Positions 26,378 to 33,122 of a stretch of 47,688 nucleotides of DNA are shown piece by piece. Position 1 is the first letter of the stretch; each line of letters starts with the position of its first letter. This stretch comes from a virus (lineage: Duplodnaviria > Caudoviricetes). The stretch lies in IMG/VR virus record IMGVR_UViG_3300012940_000009, positions 1-47,688 of that record; one strand, 5' to 3'. A program made the translations under genes and the position numbers. The notes beneath the pieces were generated by a model, which saw only the letters and a program-made list of their open reading frames with translations, ran no database searches and was not told where the DNA came from.

Positions 26378-26845
26378 ATGACCAACGTCTGGCCAACTCA
26401 GGCCGGGGCGCGCAAGTTCTATGGCGCTCCCGGAACGAACCAAGTCATCCTCCAGCTTCCCTATCGCATGACCTATGACGGCAAGCCCGTCACGCGCATG
26501 ATGATCAATGCGAAGTGCGCGAAGAGCGCCGAGCGGGCTCTTACCCAGATCGCCAAGGAATACAACGAAGCCGACCGGCTGAAGCTCGGCCTGTCCATCT
26601 TCGGCGGCTGCTACAACAACCGCCTGATGAGGGGCTCTAAGAGCCGGGTATCAATGCATGCGTTCGCTTGCGCAATAGATTTTGATCCGGCGCGGAACCA
26701 GCTCAAATGGGGGCGGGATAGAGCGCGGTTAGCGCAGGCCGATTGTGAGCCATTCTGGAGGGCCTGGGAGGAAGAAGGATGGACCTCGTTAGGCCGAAAG
26801 TATAACTACGACTGGATGCATGTGGAGGCCACTAGCGGGCGTTAA
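26378..26845 (+). CDS. Endolysin, M15-family zinc peptidase
   Basis: YNNRLMRG, SMHAFACAIDFD (SxHxxxxAxD), DWMHVE. Confidence 0.9.
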   Translation: MTNVWPTQAGARKFYGAPGTNQVILQLPYRMTYDGKPVTRMMINAKCAKSAERALTQIAKEYNEADRLKLGLSIFGGCYNNRLMRGSKSRVSMHAFACAIDFDPARNQLKWGRDRARLAQADCEPFWRAWEEEGWTSLGRKYNYDWMHVEATSGR

Positions 26846-27321
26846 AGGTGCCTCCAGCTTCTGCCGCGCTTGATATCGCTAACCGTGACATACGACACGC
26901 CGTACTGGCTCGCGATTTCCGCATGTTTTCTTGGATCTGCTTTGATGGCTCTCGCGTCCTGTTCGGACAGCTTGTGCATGCCGTGCTGATCGCCTCGGTC
27001 CTGCCGAGCCTTGGAAACCTTATCGTCCATATTTGACCGCTGATCGCCAAGGAACAGATGGTCGGGGTTCACGCAGATCGGGTTGTCGCATCGATGCAAG
27101 ACATGCTGCGCAGGCGTGATTGCCGCGCAGTAAATCTCCCATGAAAGGCGATGGGCACGAACGGCGCGGATGCCAGCAGGCCGCATCGTGAAGCACCCAT
27201 AACCGCCTCGCTTGAGCGAGAACCTATTGCCCATCCAAATCCAGCAGCCGGTGTTCGGCTCGGGGATGAAGCGCTCCTCAAAAGCTTTGAGAATTGCCGG
27301 GAAATGGGAGTGTTTTTGCAT
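26842..27321 (-). mobile_element. Free-standing HNH homing endonuclease
   Basis: PEPNTGCWIWMG, RAHRLSW, VLHRCDNPICVNPDHLFLG...NM.D, C-terminal HTH; putative promoter TTCACT-N17-TATCCT close to the ATG. Confidence 0.88.
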
Positions 27322-27360
27322 GCCTAAGGATATCTCATTTCGTACGGGAAGTGAATCGCT

Positions 27361-27453
27361 GTGAAGCCCCATCGCGTCATCGGCATGATGCTGATCGGCC
27401 TGTCGGCTTTCTGCTTCGCCAAAGCAATACATCTCACCATCACTGGAGGCTGA
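27361..27453 (+). CDS. 30-aa membrane peptide
   Basis: GTG start; MKPHRVIGMMLIGLSAFCFAKAIHLTITGG; its end contains the RBS of the next gene. Confidence 0.4.
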   Translation: MKPHRVIGMMLIGLSAFCFAKAIHLTITGG

Positions 27454-27454
27454 C

Positions 27455-27658
27455 ATGATCGCTGTAATCAATGCGCTTCAAGCCGGGCCGTGGGTTCCGT
27501 CCATGGTCCTCGGACTTGGCGTGGCCTTTGTCGTTTGGCGTATCAACGCCCGATGGGCCAAGGAAGCCGCGGAAACGGATATCCGTGCCAAGGAACACGA
27601 GCTGACAAAGATCAGCACATCGAACGCCGTGACAACCATCGAACATAAGGGCCGCTGA
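27455..27658 (+). CDS. Small single-pass membrane protein
   Basis: GGAGG RBS; one hydrophobic helix. Confidence 0.6.
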   Translation: MIAVINALQAGPWVPSMVLGLGVAFVVWRINARWAKEAAETDIRAKEHELTKISTSNAVTTIEHKGR

Positions 27659-27659
27659 T

Positions 27660-27857
27660 ATGCACGGCCTTGGTGACGCCATCGGCGGCATGGTCGCGAC
27701 ACTCCTAGTCGTCGCCGCATTCTGTATACCCTTCGTCGTGGTGATCGCAATCGGCGCGCTGCTGTCGATTTTCATTACATTTCCTTTCTGGTGGGCGGCG
27801 GCTTCGGCCGGCGCTGCTGGCCTTGTGGCTGCGCTGATCGCTTCTCGCAGCCTTTGA
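27660..27857 (+). CDS. Small two-TM membrane protein
   Basis: Almost entirely hydrophobic 65 aa in the lysis region. Confidence 0.6.
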   Translation: MHGLGDAIGGMVATLLVVAAFCIPFVVVIAIGALLSIFITFPFWWAAASAGAAGLVAALIASRSL

Positions 27858-27905
27858 CCCGCCGCGCGGCCGGGCTTGCCGCGTATTCACAACATGGAGA
27901 ATGAC

Positions 27906-28082
27906 ATGAACTTCGGCTCTATCCTGCCGGTGGTGCGCCACCTTGCGCAGTTTGCTTCCGGCTATCTCGTATCGTCCGGTCTGATTACGGCTTCGCTTCA
28001 GGAGACGCTCATCGGCGTGGCTGTCGGCATTGCCTCGCTCGTCTGGTGGTTCGTCACCAAGAAGGACCCGGCGGCCGTCTGA
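27906..28082 (+). CDS. Putative holin
   Basis: 58 aa, two hydrophobic segments, basic C-terminus (WWFVTKK); GGAG RBS; directly before the spanins. Confidence 0.65.
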   Translation: MNFGSILPVVRHLAQFASGYLVSSGLITASLQETLIGVAVGIASLVWWFVTKKDPAAV

Positions 28083-28318
28083 TGCTCGCGTGGCTGAAGC
28101 TCGTTCCTCTTGTCTCTTCGCTCGTGAAGGCGTGGCGGGAAACCGTCGCGTTCTTTACGGCGCGTGAGAACAAACAGGCCGGGCGAAACGAAGTCGTCCT
28201 GGAGGTCAAGGAGAACAGCGATGCAGCTACTGAAGCGGCTGACGCTGCAAGTGCTGATCTGCGCGAGCGTATCGCTGCTGGCGGCTTGCGCGACGACGAT
28301 GGCTATCGACGCCCTTGA
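28082..28318 (+). CDS. Putative inner-membrane spanin (Rz-like)
   Basis: Hydrophobic N-terminus plus helical C-terminus; overlapped by a lipoprotein ORF. Confidence 0.6.
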   Translation: MLAWLKLVPLVSSLVKAWRETVAFFTARENKQAGRNEVVLEVKENSDAATEAADAASADLRERIAAGGLRDDDGYRRP

Positions 28319-28460
28319 GCGACGCGTCGTCTGCAAGCTGTGGAATCCCACGTATTGGCGGGATGCATGGCCGGACGATGCGATCGAGCAGGCGAAGGAC
28401 AATAACACCCGGCGGGATTCTGTTTGCGCGTCGCTGGAAAAGAAGGCGAACGTGAAATGA
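28221..28460 (+). CDS. Putative outer-membrane spanin lipoprotein (Rz1-like)
   Basis: Signal peptide with lipobox LAAC; two further Cys; overlaps the Rz-like gene in another frame. Confidence 0.7.
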   Translation: MQLLKRLTLQVLICASVSLLAACATTMAIDALERRVVCKLWNPTYWRDAWPDDAIEQAKDNNTRRDSVCASLEKKANVK

Positions 28461-28705
28461 CGGAACCACGCGCGATGTCAGAAGCGGATGTCGAGGCTGT
28501 TGCTGAGAGAGTGAATCAAAAGCTCTTCGAAACCCTCGGCTTCGACATCTCTTCGACAAAGGGTCGGTTGGAAGCGCAGGGCGCCTTCCGCCACCTGATG
28601 TTCTGGTACAAATATTCCGGCCTTTTCCTGAAGGTCGGCTTTACCGGCATTGCCGGTCTTGCGGCGACATGGGTTTGGATGAAACTCACGGGATCGCCGC
28701 AATGA
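28457..28705 (+). CDS. Small protein with a C-terminal TM helix (lysis region)
   Basis: ATGA coupling at both ends; hydrophobic C-terminus. Confidence 0.6.
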   Translation: MTEPRAMSEADVEAVAERVNQKLFETLGFDISSTKGRLEAQGAFRHLMFWYKYSGLFLKVGFTGIAGLAATWVWMKLTGSPQ

Positions 28706-29325
28706 GAGCATTCCCCGGACTGCTCATCCCGCTCTTCCTCCCCGCCGCTGCACTTCTCCCGCTTCCTGAACCCGCCACCCGCCAAGCCGACCCAGCCGTT
28801 CGTATCGAGACGGCTAAATCGATCGGCTCCGGTACGCACATAGGCCACGGTCGCATTCTGACCGCGGCCCATGTCATCCGGCCGGGTGGAATTATCGAGG
28901 TGCAGGATCAGGAAGGAGAGGTCTATGAAGCCTCCATCTCCTTCATGGACGAGAAGAACGATATCGCGGTTCTTCAGATCGAATCCTCCCCGAATATCCA
29001 GACCGTCAACATCGCCTGCCGGAAGCCTCTCTACGGAGAAGGTATCAACACGGTCGGAAACCCCATGGGCGATGAATTCATCGGCTCGTGGGGGCGGGTC
29101 TCGAACAAGCTCAAGAAGTTCAAACGGGACATGGAAATCTTCTCCATGGACATGACCACGATCCCCGGAATGTCGGGAGGAGGGGTTATCGACTGGAAGG
29201 GTAAGATCATCGGGGTCGTGTCGATGGTGATGATTCAACCTTTGTACGGAACGCCGTTACATGTAGGCTACGCGGTTCCATCTTCAACATTCTGCCCCTT
29301 GCTTAAAGACGCGGGGGTGATGTGA
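28702..29325 (+). CDS. Trypsin-like (S1) serine protease with signal peptide
   Basis: Catalytic triad ILTAAHV, NDIAVL, PGMSGGGV; hydrophobic N-terminal signal. Confidence 0.88.
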   Translation: MRAFPGLLIPLFLPAAALLPLPEPATRQADPAVRIETAKSIGSGTHIGHGRILTAAHVIRPGGIIEVQDQEGEVYEASISFMDEKNDIAVLQIESSPNIQTVNIACRKPLYGEGINTVGNPMGDEFIGSWGRVSNKLKKFKRDMEIFSMDMTTIPGMSGGGVIDWKGKIIGVVSMVMIQPLYGTPLHVGYAVPSSTFCPLLKDAGVM

Positions 29326-30330
29326 ATGGCGCCTCACCCCATACCGGACGCTGTTCTCCAGAACACGGTCGAGGTGTATCTGGCGAATGACCGGAATCAG
29401 GTCCGCACAGCCGTTGTCCTGAATTGCTCTCGGGCAAAGGTTCAGGATCATATCCGCCAAGCCATGGGCCGGGGATTGATCCAGAACGAGCCGGAGCCGT
29501 TGATCGAAGTCATTGCACCTCAGAAACCCCGCTTCCGGGTCAAGGCGGTCACGCACGAAACCCCTCCCGAGGGTCCAATCTATCGTGTCGTAGCTATTGG
29601 CGACCTTCACGATGCTCCCAAAATTCCCAAAGAACGCCTCAATTGGATCGGACAATACGTACGTGAGACGAAGCCGGATCGCGTTGCCCAGATAGGCGAC
29701 TGGGGCACGTTTGACAGCGTATCGCAGCACGACGCTGTAGGCTCTTTGAAATGGATGGAAAAGCCGTCTTTCACGCAGGATCTTGAAAGCTTAAATGAAA
29801 GTCACGCGGCCTATGCTGAAGGCAAGGGCGATTACGATTGCCCCCACGACGTTACGTTCGGCAACCACGAACATCGCGTAAATCGCGCGGCTGACGCTGA
29901 CCCCAAGCGCTTTGGTGACGCCACTCTTCGCATGGAAGAGGTTTTCGCCCGCTACAGGTGGAAGACTCACCCCTATGGGGATTACGTCTTCATCGGCGGC
30001 GTCGGCTTCACCCATGTTCCGTTCAACGGGATGGGTAAGGATTATCGCGGAAAGCGCCCCGAGAACATGATCGGCAACGACGCGATGTTCTCGATCGTCT
30101 TCGGGCATACGCACAAGCGCGGGTTCTGGACCTTCCCGAAAATCGGCCCTCAGAAGCGCATCGACATCTGCAATCTCGGCTCTGCCATGAGCCACGGCCA
30201 TGTCGAGGAATACGCCAGAATGTCCACAACAGGCTGGACCTGGGGCATCTACGACCTGACCATACAGGGCGGTCTCATCACGTCCGACAAGTTCATCTCC
30301 ATGCTCGAATTGAAGGAGCGCTTCGCATGA
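29326..30330 (+). CDS. Calcineurin-like metallophosphoesterase with N-terminal HTH
   Basis: IGDLHD, IGDWGTFD, GNHE, FTH, GHTH motifs. Confidence 0.85.
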   Translation: MAPHPIPDAVLQNTVEVYLANDRNQVRTAVVLNCSRAKVQDHIRQAMGRGLIQNEPEPLIEVIAPQKPRFRVKAVTHETPPEGPIYRVVAIGDLHDAPKIPKERLNWIGQYVRETKPDRVAQIGDWGTFDSVSQHDAVGSLKWMEKPSFTQDLESLNESHAAYAEGKGDYDCPHDVTFGNHEHRVNRAADADPKRFGDATLRMEEVFARYRWKTHPYGDYVFIGGVGFTHVPFNGMGKDYRGKRPENMIGNDAMFSIVFGHTHKRGFWTFPKIGPQKRIDICNLGSAMSHGHVEEYARMSTTGWTWGIYDLTIQGGLITSDKFISMLELKERFA

Positions 30331-30533
30331 TCCCGGAGGGCATTGGTGAACGCGATCACAAGCGTGTCGGCATCTGCATGCCAGAACCAGGGAAGGTGAT
30401 TTTCCGCGATCCTGACGGCAAGGAAACGGAGCTATCCGTCTTCGATCTGATTGATATTGGAGCGCGCCTCCCGGATCAGATCAGATGGATGGTGCAGGAA
30501 GAACATCGCAAGGCGAAGCGGGATGAGCGGTGA
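30327..30533 (+). CDS. Hypothetical protein
   Basis: ATGA coupling and AAGGAG RBS. Confidence 0.55.
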   Translation: MIPEGIGERDHKRVGICMPEPGKVIFRDPDGKETELSVFDLIDIGARLPDQIRWMVQEEHRKAKRDER

Positions 30534-30792
30534 AATCGTCTCCTTCCGCGGCGCCTCGGTTCCTCAGTCTTCCCCCGACCCTGATCCGGAAGTTGTGGAC
30601 TACCTCAAATCGCTTCTCGAGATGGCGGAGACCGGAGACCTTCAGGGGCTTGCCGGGATCAGCACTCATCTCGGAGAGCGGTTCTCTGTCCACAGGGTAG
30701 GGGCGTGTGTCAGCTCTTCGGTCGTCGGAGAACTGGAACTGTTGAAACTCCGGATCGCGGTTGAAACCTTTGGAGATGAAGACGACGACTAG
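30523..30792 (+). CDS. Hypothetical protein
   Basis: Last plus-strand late gene; PDPEVVDYLKSLLEMAETGDLQGLA. Confidence 0.6.
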   Translation: MSGEIVSFRGASVPQSSPDPDPEVVDYLKSLLEMAETGDLQGLAGISTHLGERFSVHRVGACVSSSVVGELELLKLRIAVETFGDEDDD

Positions 30793-31046
30793 CCGATCTT
30801 CCCGCTGGTATCGAACATCTTGATCGGGGTCACCTTTTGATGAAAGCGGATGGTGACCGTCATCTGTCCGCACTTCTTGCATCTGAGCCGGTGGTTGAGC
30901 GTGTAGGCAGACACCTCGAAGTCAAAGCCGAGCTTTTCGCCAAGCTTCTGAAGATCCATCCTTTCATGCCAGCCGCATTCGATGGTGCAATAGGCACCGA
31001 TCCGGTGGCCTTGGTCTATAAGCTGGCGGATGGTGTAGAAGGGCAT
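30789..31046 (-). CDS. Zinc-ribbon protein
   Basis: AYCTIECGW and LRCKKCG Cys pairs; TGATG coupling. Confidence 0.65.
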   Translation of the reverse strand: MPFYTIRQLIDQGHRIGAYCTIECGWHERMDLQKLGEKLGFDFEVSAYTLNHRLRCKKCGQMTVTIRFHQKVTPIKMFDTSGKIG

Positions 31047-31216
31047 CAGCGCTTCTTCTTCGGCAGTTCCGCGTGGCCTCTTATGTCGATGAACCGGGTC
31101 TCTACCTCCCGGCATTCCCTTGGCCCCAAGGATTTCATCACGCTCTGGACAAGCTCGGCATCGGCTTGGCGGATGAACTCGTTCACGATGGCATTCAGGT
31201 CTAGGCGCATCGCCAT
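31046..31216 (-). CDS. Hypothetical 56-aa protein
   Basis: Hand translation MAMRLDLNAIVNEFIRQADAELV...PKKKR; stop coupled to the next ATG. Confidence 0.45.
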   Translation of the reverse strand: MAMRLDLNAIVNEFIRQADAELVQSVMKSLGPRECREVETRFIDIRGHAELPKKKR

Positions 31217-31329
31217 GATCTAGTGCGCGAAGAGGCTCCAGACAAACATCGCCAGCCCATAGCCAAAGCTCCCGAGGATGAACACCACGAGTATCGGGTG
31301 AAGCCATGAATGGGGAGGGCGGTGGTAGG

Positions 31330-31608
31330 TCAAACGCCTGTTCTCTCGTAGACGTGGAAGACCAAACCGAGCTGAGGCATGTGCACCGTATCGATAAATT
31401 CGCGAGATACGCCCATGCCGGTCACAATTTCATGCCCGGTTCCGAAGACCTCGAAATACCGCCTCACTGGCACTTTCTCGGGGTCCACCTCGGCCCAGAC
31501 GCAGATCTCGTCGCCCTGCGCCGCTGCGCTCCGAATGATCGCCCCGTCAGGCATATCCACGACGAGGCGATTGGCGTCGAGCCTATATTTGTAGATCGTC
31601 CGGTCCAT
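31330..31608 (-). CDS. Hypothetical phage protein
   Basis: GGAGG RBS; IYKY.L...ICVWAEVDP...FEVFGTGH...LVFHVYE pattern common in phage early genes. Confidence 0.7.
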   Translation of the reverse strand: MDRTIYKYRLDANRLVVDMPDGAIIRSAAAQGDEICVWAEVDPEKVPVRRYFEVFGTGHEIVTGMGVSREFIDTVHMPQLGLVFHVYERTGV

Positions 31609-31609
31609 C

Positions 31610-31951
31610 CTACCCTCCCACCTTCTGTGACTGCGCCTCGTTCAATGCTGCGTCAATCATTGCGCGATGTGAGCAGGAGTAGATCCGCCCATCACCCAGC
31701 ACCACTATCGCTGTGAACTCTTCCGAGCGCGGAAGGCGCGAAAGACGATCCTTGGTGTCAGCCGCGACCGCCTCCAAAGCGGCAATGAGCATGCCGTCAC
31801 TCGGTTCCCGCATTGCTTCGATAGCCGCGCGGGCATAGGGCCGATCCGAATACCAAAACGGCTCTCCACCCTTGTCGGGGTTGGGCGCATCCGGGTTATG
31901 CCCGGCGGTCGCGCAAAGCGCCTTCGCAACTTTCTCGATCATCGTCTCCAT
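31610..31951 (-). CDS. Hypothetical phage protein
   Basis: AGGAG RBS; MIEKVAKAL...ARAAIEAMREPSDGML...AMIDAAL. Confidence 0.7.
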   Translation of the reverse strand: METMIEKVAKALCATAGHNPDAPNPDKGGEPFWYSDRPYARAAIEAMREPSDGMLIAALEAVAADTKDRLSRLPRSEEFTAIVVLGDGRIYSCSHRAMIDAALNEAQSQKVGG

Positions 31952-31965
31952 AGGTCTTCTCCTGG

Positions 31966-32082
31966 TTAGTGGCCGAACAGCGTTTGAAGCGTGCCAGCAA
32001 GGACCAGCCCGAAAACAACGGCGCGGAATATCCACATCAGGGCGGTGGCGACGTTGTTCGAAGGCGAGCGGTCGGGGATCAC
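31966..32082 (-). CDS. 38-aa membrane peptide
   Basis: GTGA coupling; MIPDRSPSNNVATALMWIFRAVVFGLVLAGTLQTLFGH. Confidence 0.4.
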   Translation of the reverse strand: MIPDRSPSNNVATALMWIFRAVVFGLVLAGTLQTLFGH

Positions 32083-32333
32083 GATTCCGCCTCCGCTTTC
32101 GCAATTGCGGCGTCGATGTCGCGAACCCAGTCTTCGTCCGAACCCTCGGCTTCACTGCACCGGAAGTTCTTCAGGCTGAGAATGTCCTCTCGGGCGCTCT
32201 TGAGAGCCGCCAGCATAGCAGCGAGTGTTTCCTCCAGCGCGACAATGTAGGCCGTCACTTCAGGCGGGTCTGGCTCTAATGCAATGTTGCCCCAGCGCTC
32301 ATATTCGCGTCGCGCTTTAGCTAGATCGCCCAT
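32079..32333 (-). CDS. Hypothetical phage protein
   Basis: GGAGG RBS; MLAALK...IDAAIAKAE tail typical of early-left genes. Confidence 0.6.
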   Translation of the reverse strand: MGDLAKARREYERWGNIALEPDPPEVTAYIVALEETLAAMLAALKSAREDILSLKNFRCSEAEGSDEDWVRDIDAAIAKAEAES

Positions 32334-32345
32334 CTCGCGTCCTCC

Positions 32346-32585
32346 ATCGGTGCAAAATCCGTGGAGTTGAACTGCGGGAAGGGCTCCCATATAATGCCTT
32401 CAAGCACTTAGAAGGCATAGGGAAATCCCTTCACACGGGAGGGGTCACTGGTTCAATCCCAGTATCGCCCACCATCCAACTCCTTGAAATATAACATAAT
32501 CCTCTACTCGTGTGAATCCCGGCGCCGAAGCGAACTGGCGAACATCGGCGGAACATGGCACGCCGATCGGTGGAAAATCCGTGGA
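32346..32585. repeat. Integrase arm-type direct repeats and IHF-like sites flanking attP
   Basis: ATCGGTG(C/G)AAAATCCGTGGA at 32346-32365 and 32566-32585 (19/20 identical); IHF-like TTCAAGCACTTA left of the core and TTTCAAGGAGTTG (minus strand) right of it. Confidence 0.65.
32426..32474 (+). other. attP core = 3' half of tRNA-Val(CAC)
   Basis: TCCC-TT-CAC-AC-GGGA anticodon arm, GGGGTC, T-arm ACTGGTTCAATCCCAGT, acceptor strand ATCGCCC-A-CCA; no D-arm or 5' half; near the integrase. Confidence 0.88.
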
Positions 32586-32614
32586 ATTTTCCGGTCGATG
32601 TTCTACAATCGTTC
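32540..32614. promoter_or_regulatory. Two alphaproteobacterial LexA boxes upstream of the HNH-AP2 gene
   Basis: GAAC-N7-GAAC at 32540-32554 and GTTC-N7-GTTC at 32600-32614; the second encloses a TACAAT -10 element. Confidence 0.65.
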
Positions 32615-32616
32615 TT

Positions 32617-33117
32617 ATGGCTGAGATCGATTTGGGGCACGGCCGCGTCGCCTTGTTGGATGATGCAGACCTGCCGCTGGTGAATAAGTGGAAATGGCAC
32701 GCGCAGGTGGGCAAGCACACCGCATACGCGCGGCGCAACACGAACCGAGACGGCAAATCCGTTTCGATCTTTTTGCATCGCGTGATCACGGCAGCGCCGG
32801 CTCACCTCTGCGTCGACCATATCGACGGCGACGGCCTCAATAATCGGCGTTCCAACCTCCGCCTTGTCGATCGTGCCGAGAACCTGTGGAATCGCCGTTC
32901 TACGGCGGCCGGAGTCTGTGCGCGCGGCGCCAAGTGGCGAGCGCTGCTTGACCATCGGGGCACTCGCTATGAGCTTGGTGCCTACGATACTCGGGAGGCA
33001 GCGGAATTGGCTCGCCGGTTTTGCCTCGCCCGGCTGCGAGGCGAACATTTCGACGGAGACTTTGACGTTCTCGCGCTGCCGCCAATTATCAGGCGAGCGG
33101 TTATGGGGGCGGGCTAG
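32617..33117 (+). CDS. HNH endonuclease with an AP2-like C-terminus
   Basis: ALLDDADLPLVNKWKW, FLHRVI, VDHIDGDGLNNRRSNLR, KWRA...YELGAYDTREAA. Confidence 0.88.
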   Translation: MAEIDLGHGRVALLDDADLPLVNKWKWHAQVGKHTAYARRNTNRDGKSVSIFLHRVITAAPAHLCVDHIDGDGLNNRRSNLRLVDRAENLWNRRSTAAGVCARGAKWRALLDHRGTRYELGAYDTREAAELARRFCLARLRGEHFDGDFDVLALPPIIRRAVMGAG

Positions 33118-33122
33118 GATCA

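Noticed and set aside
26842-27321. Group I intron interrupting the endolysin
   Set aside because: The endolysin is complete with all M15 motifs before the HNH, the HNH is on the opposite strand, and no downstream exon is apparent.
32426-32474. Functional tRNA-Val gene
   Set aside because: Only the anticodon arm to CCA is present, with no 5' acceptor strand or D-arm, so it is read as the attP core.
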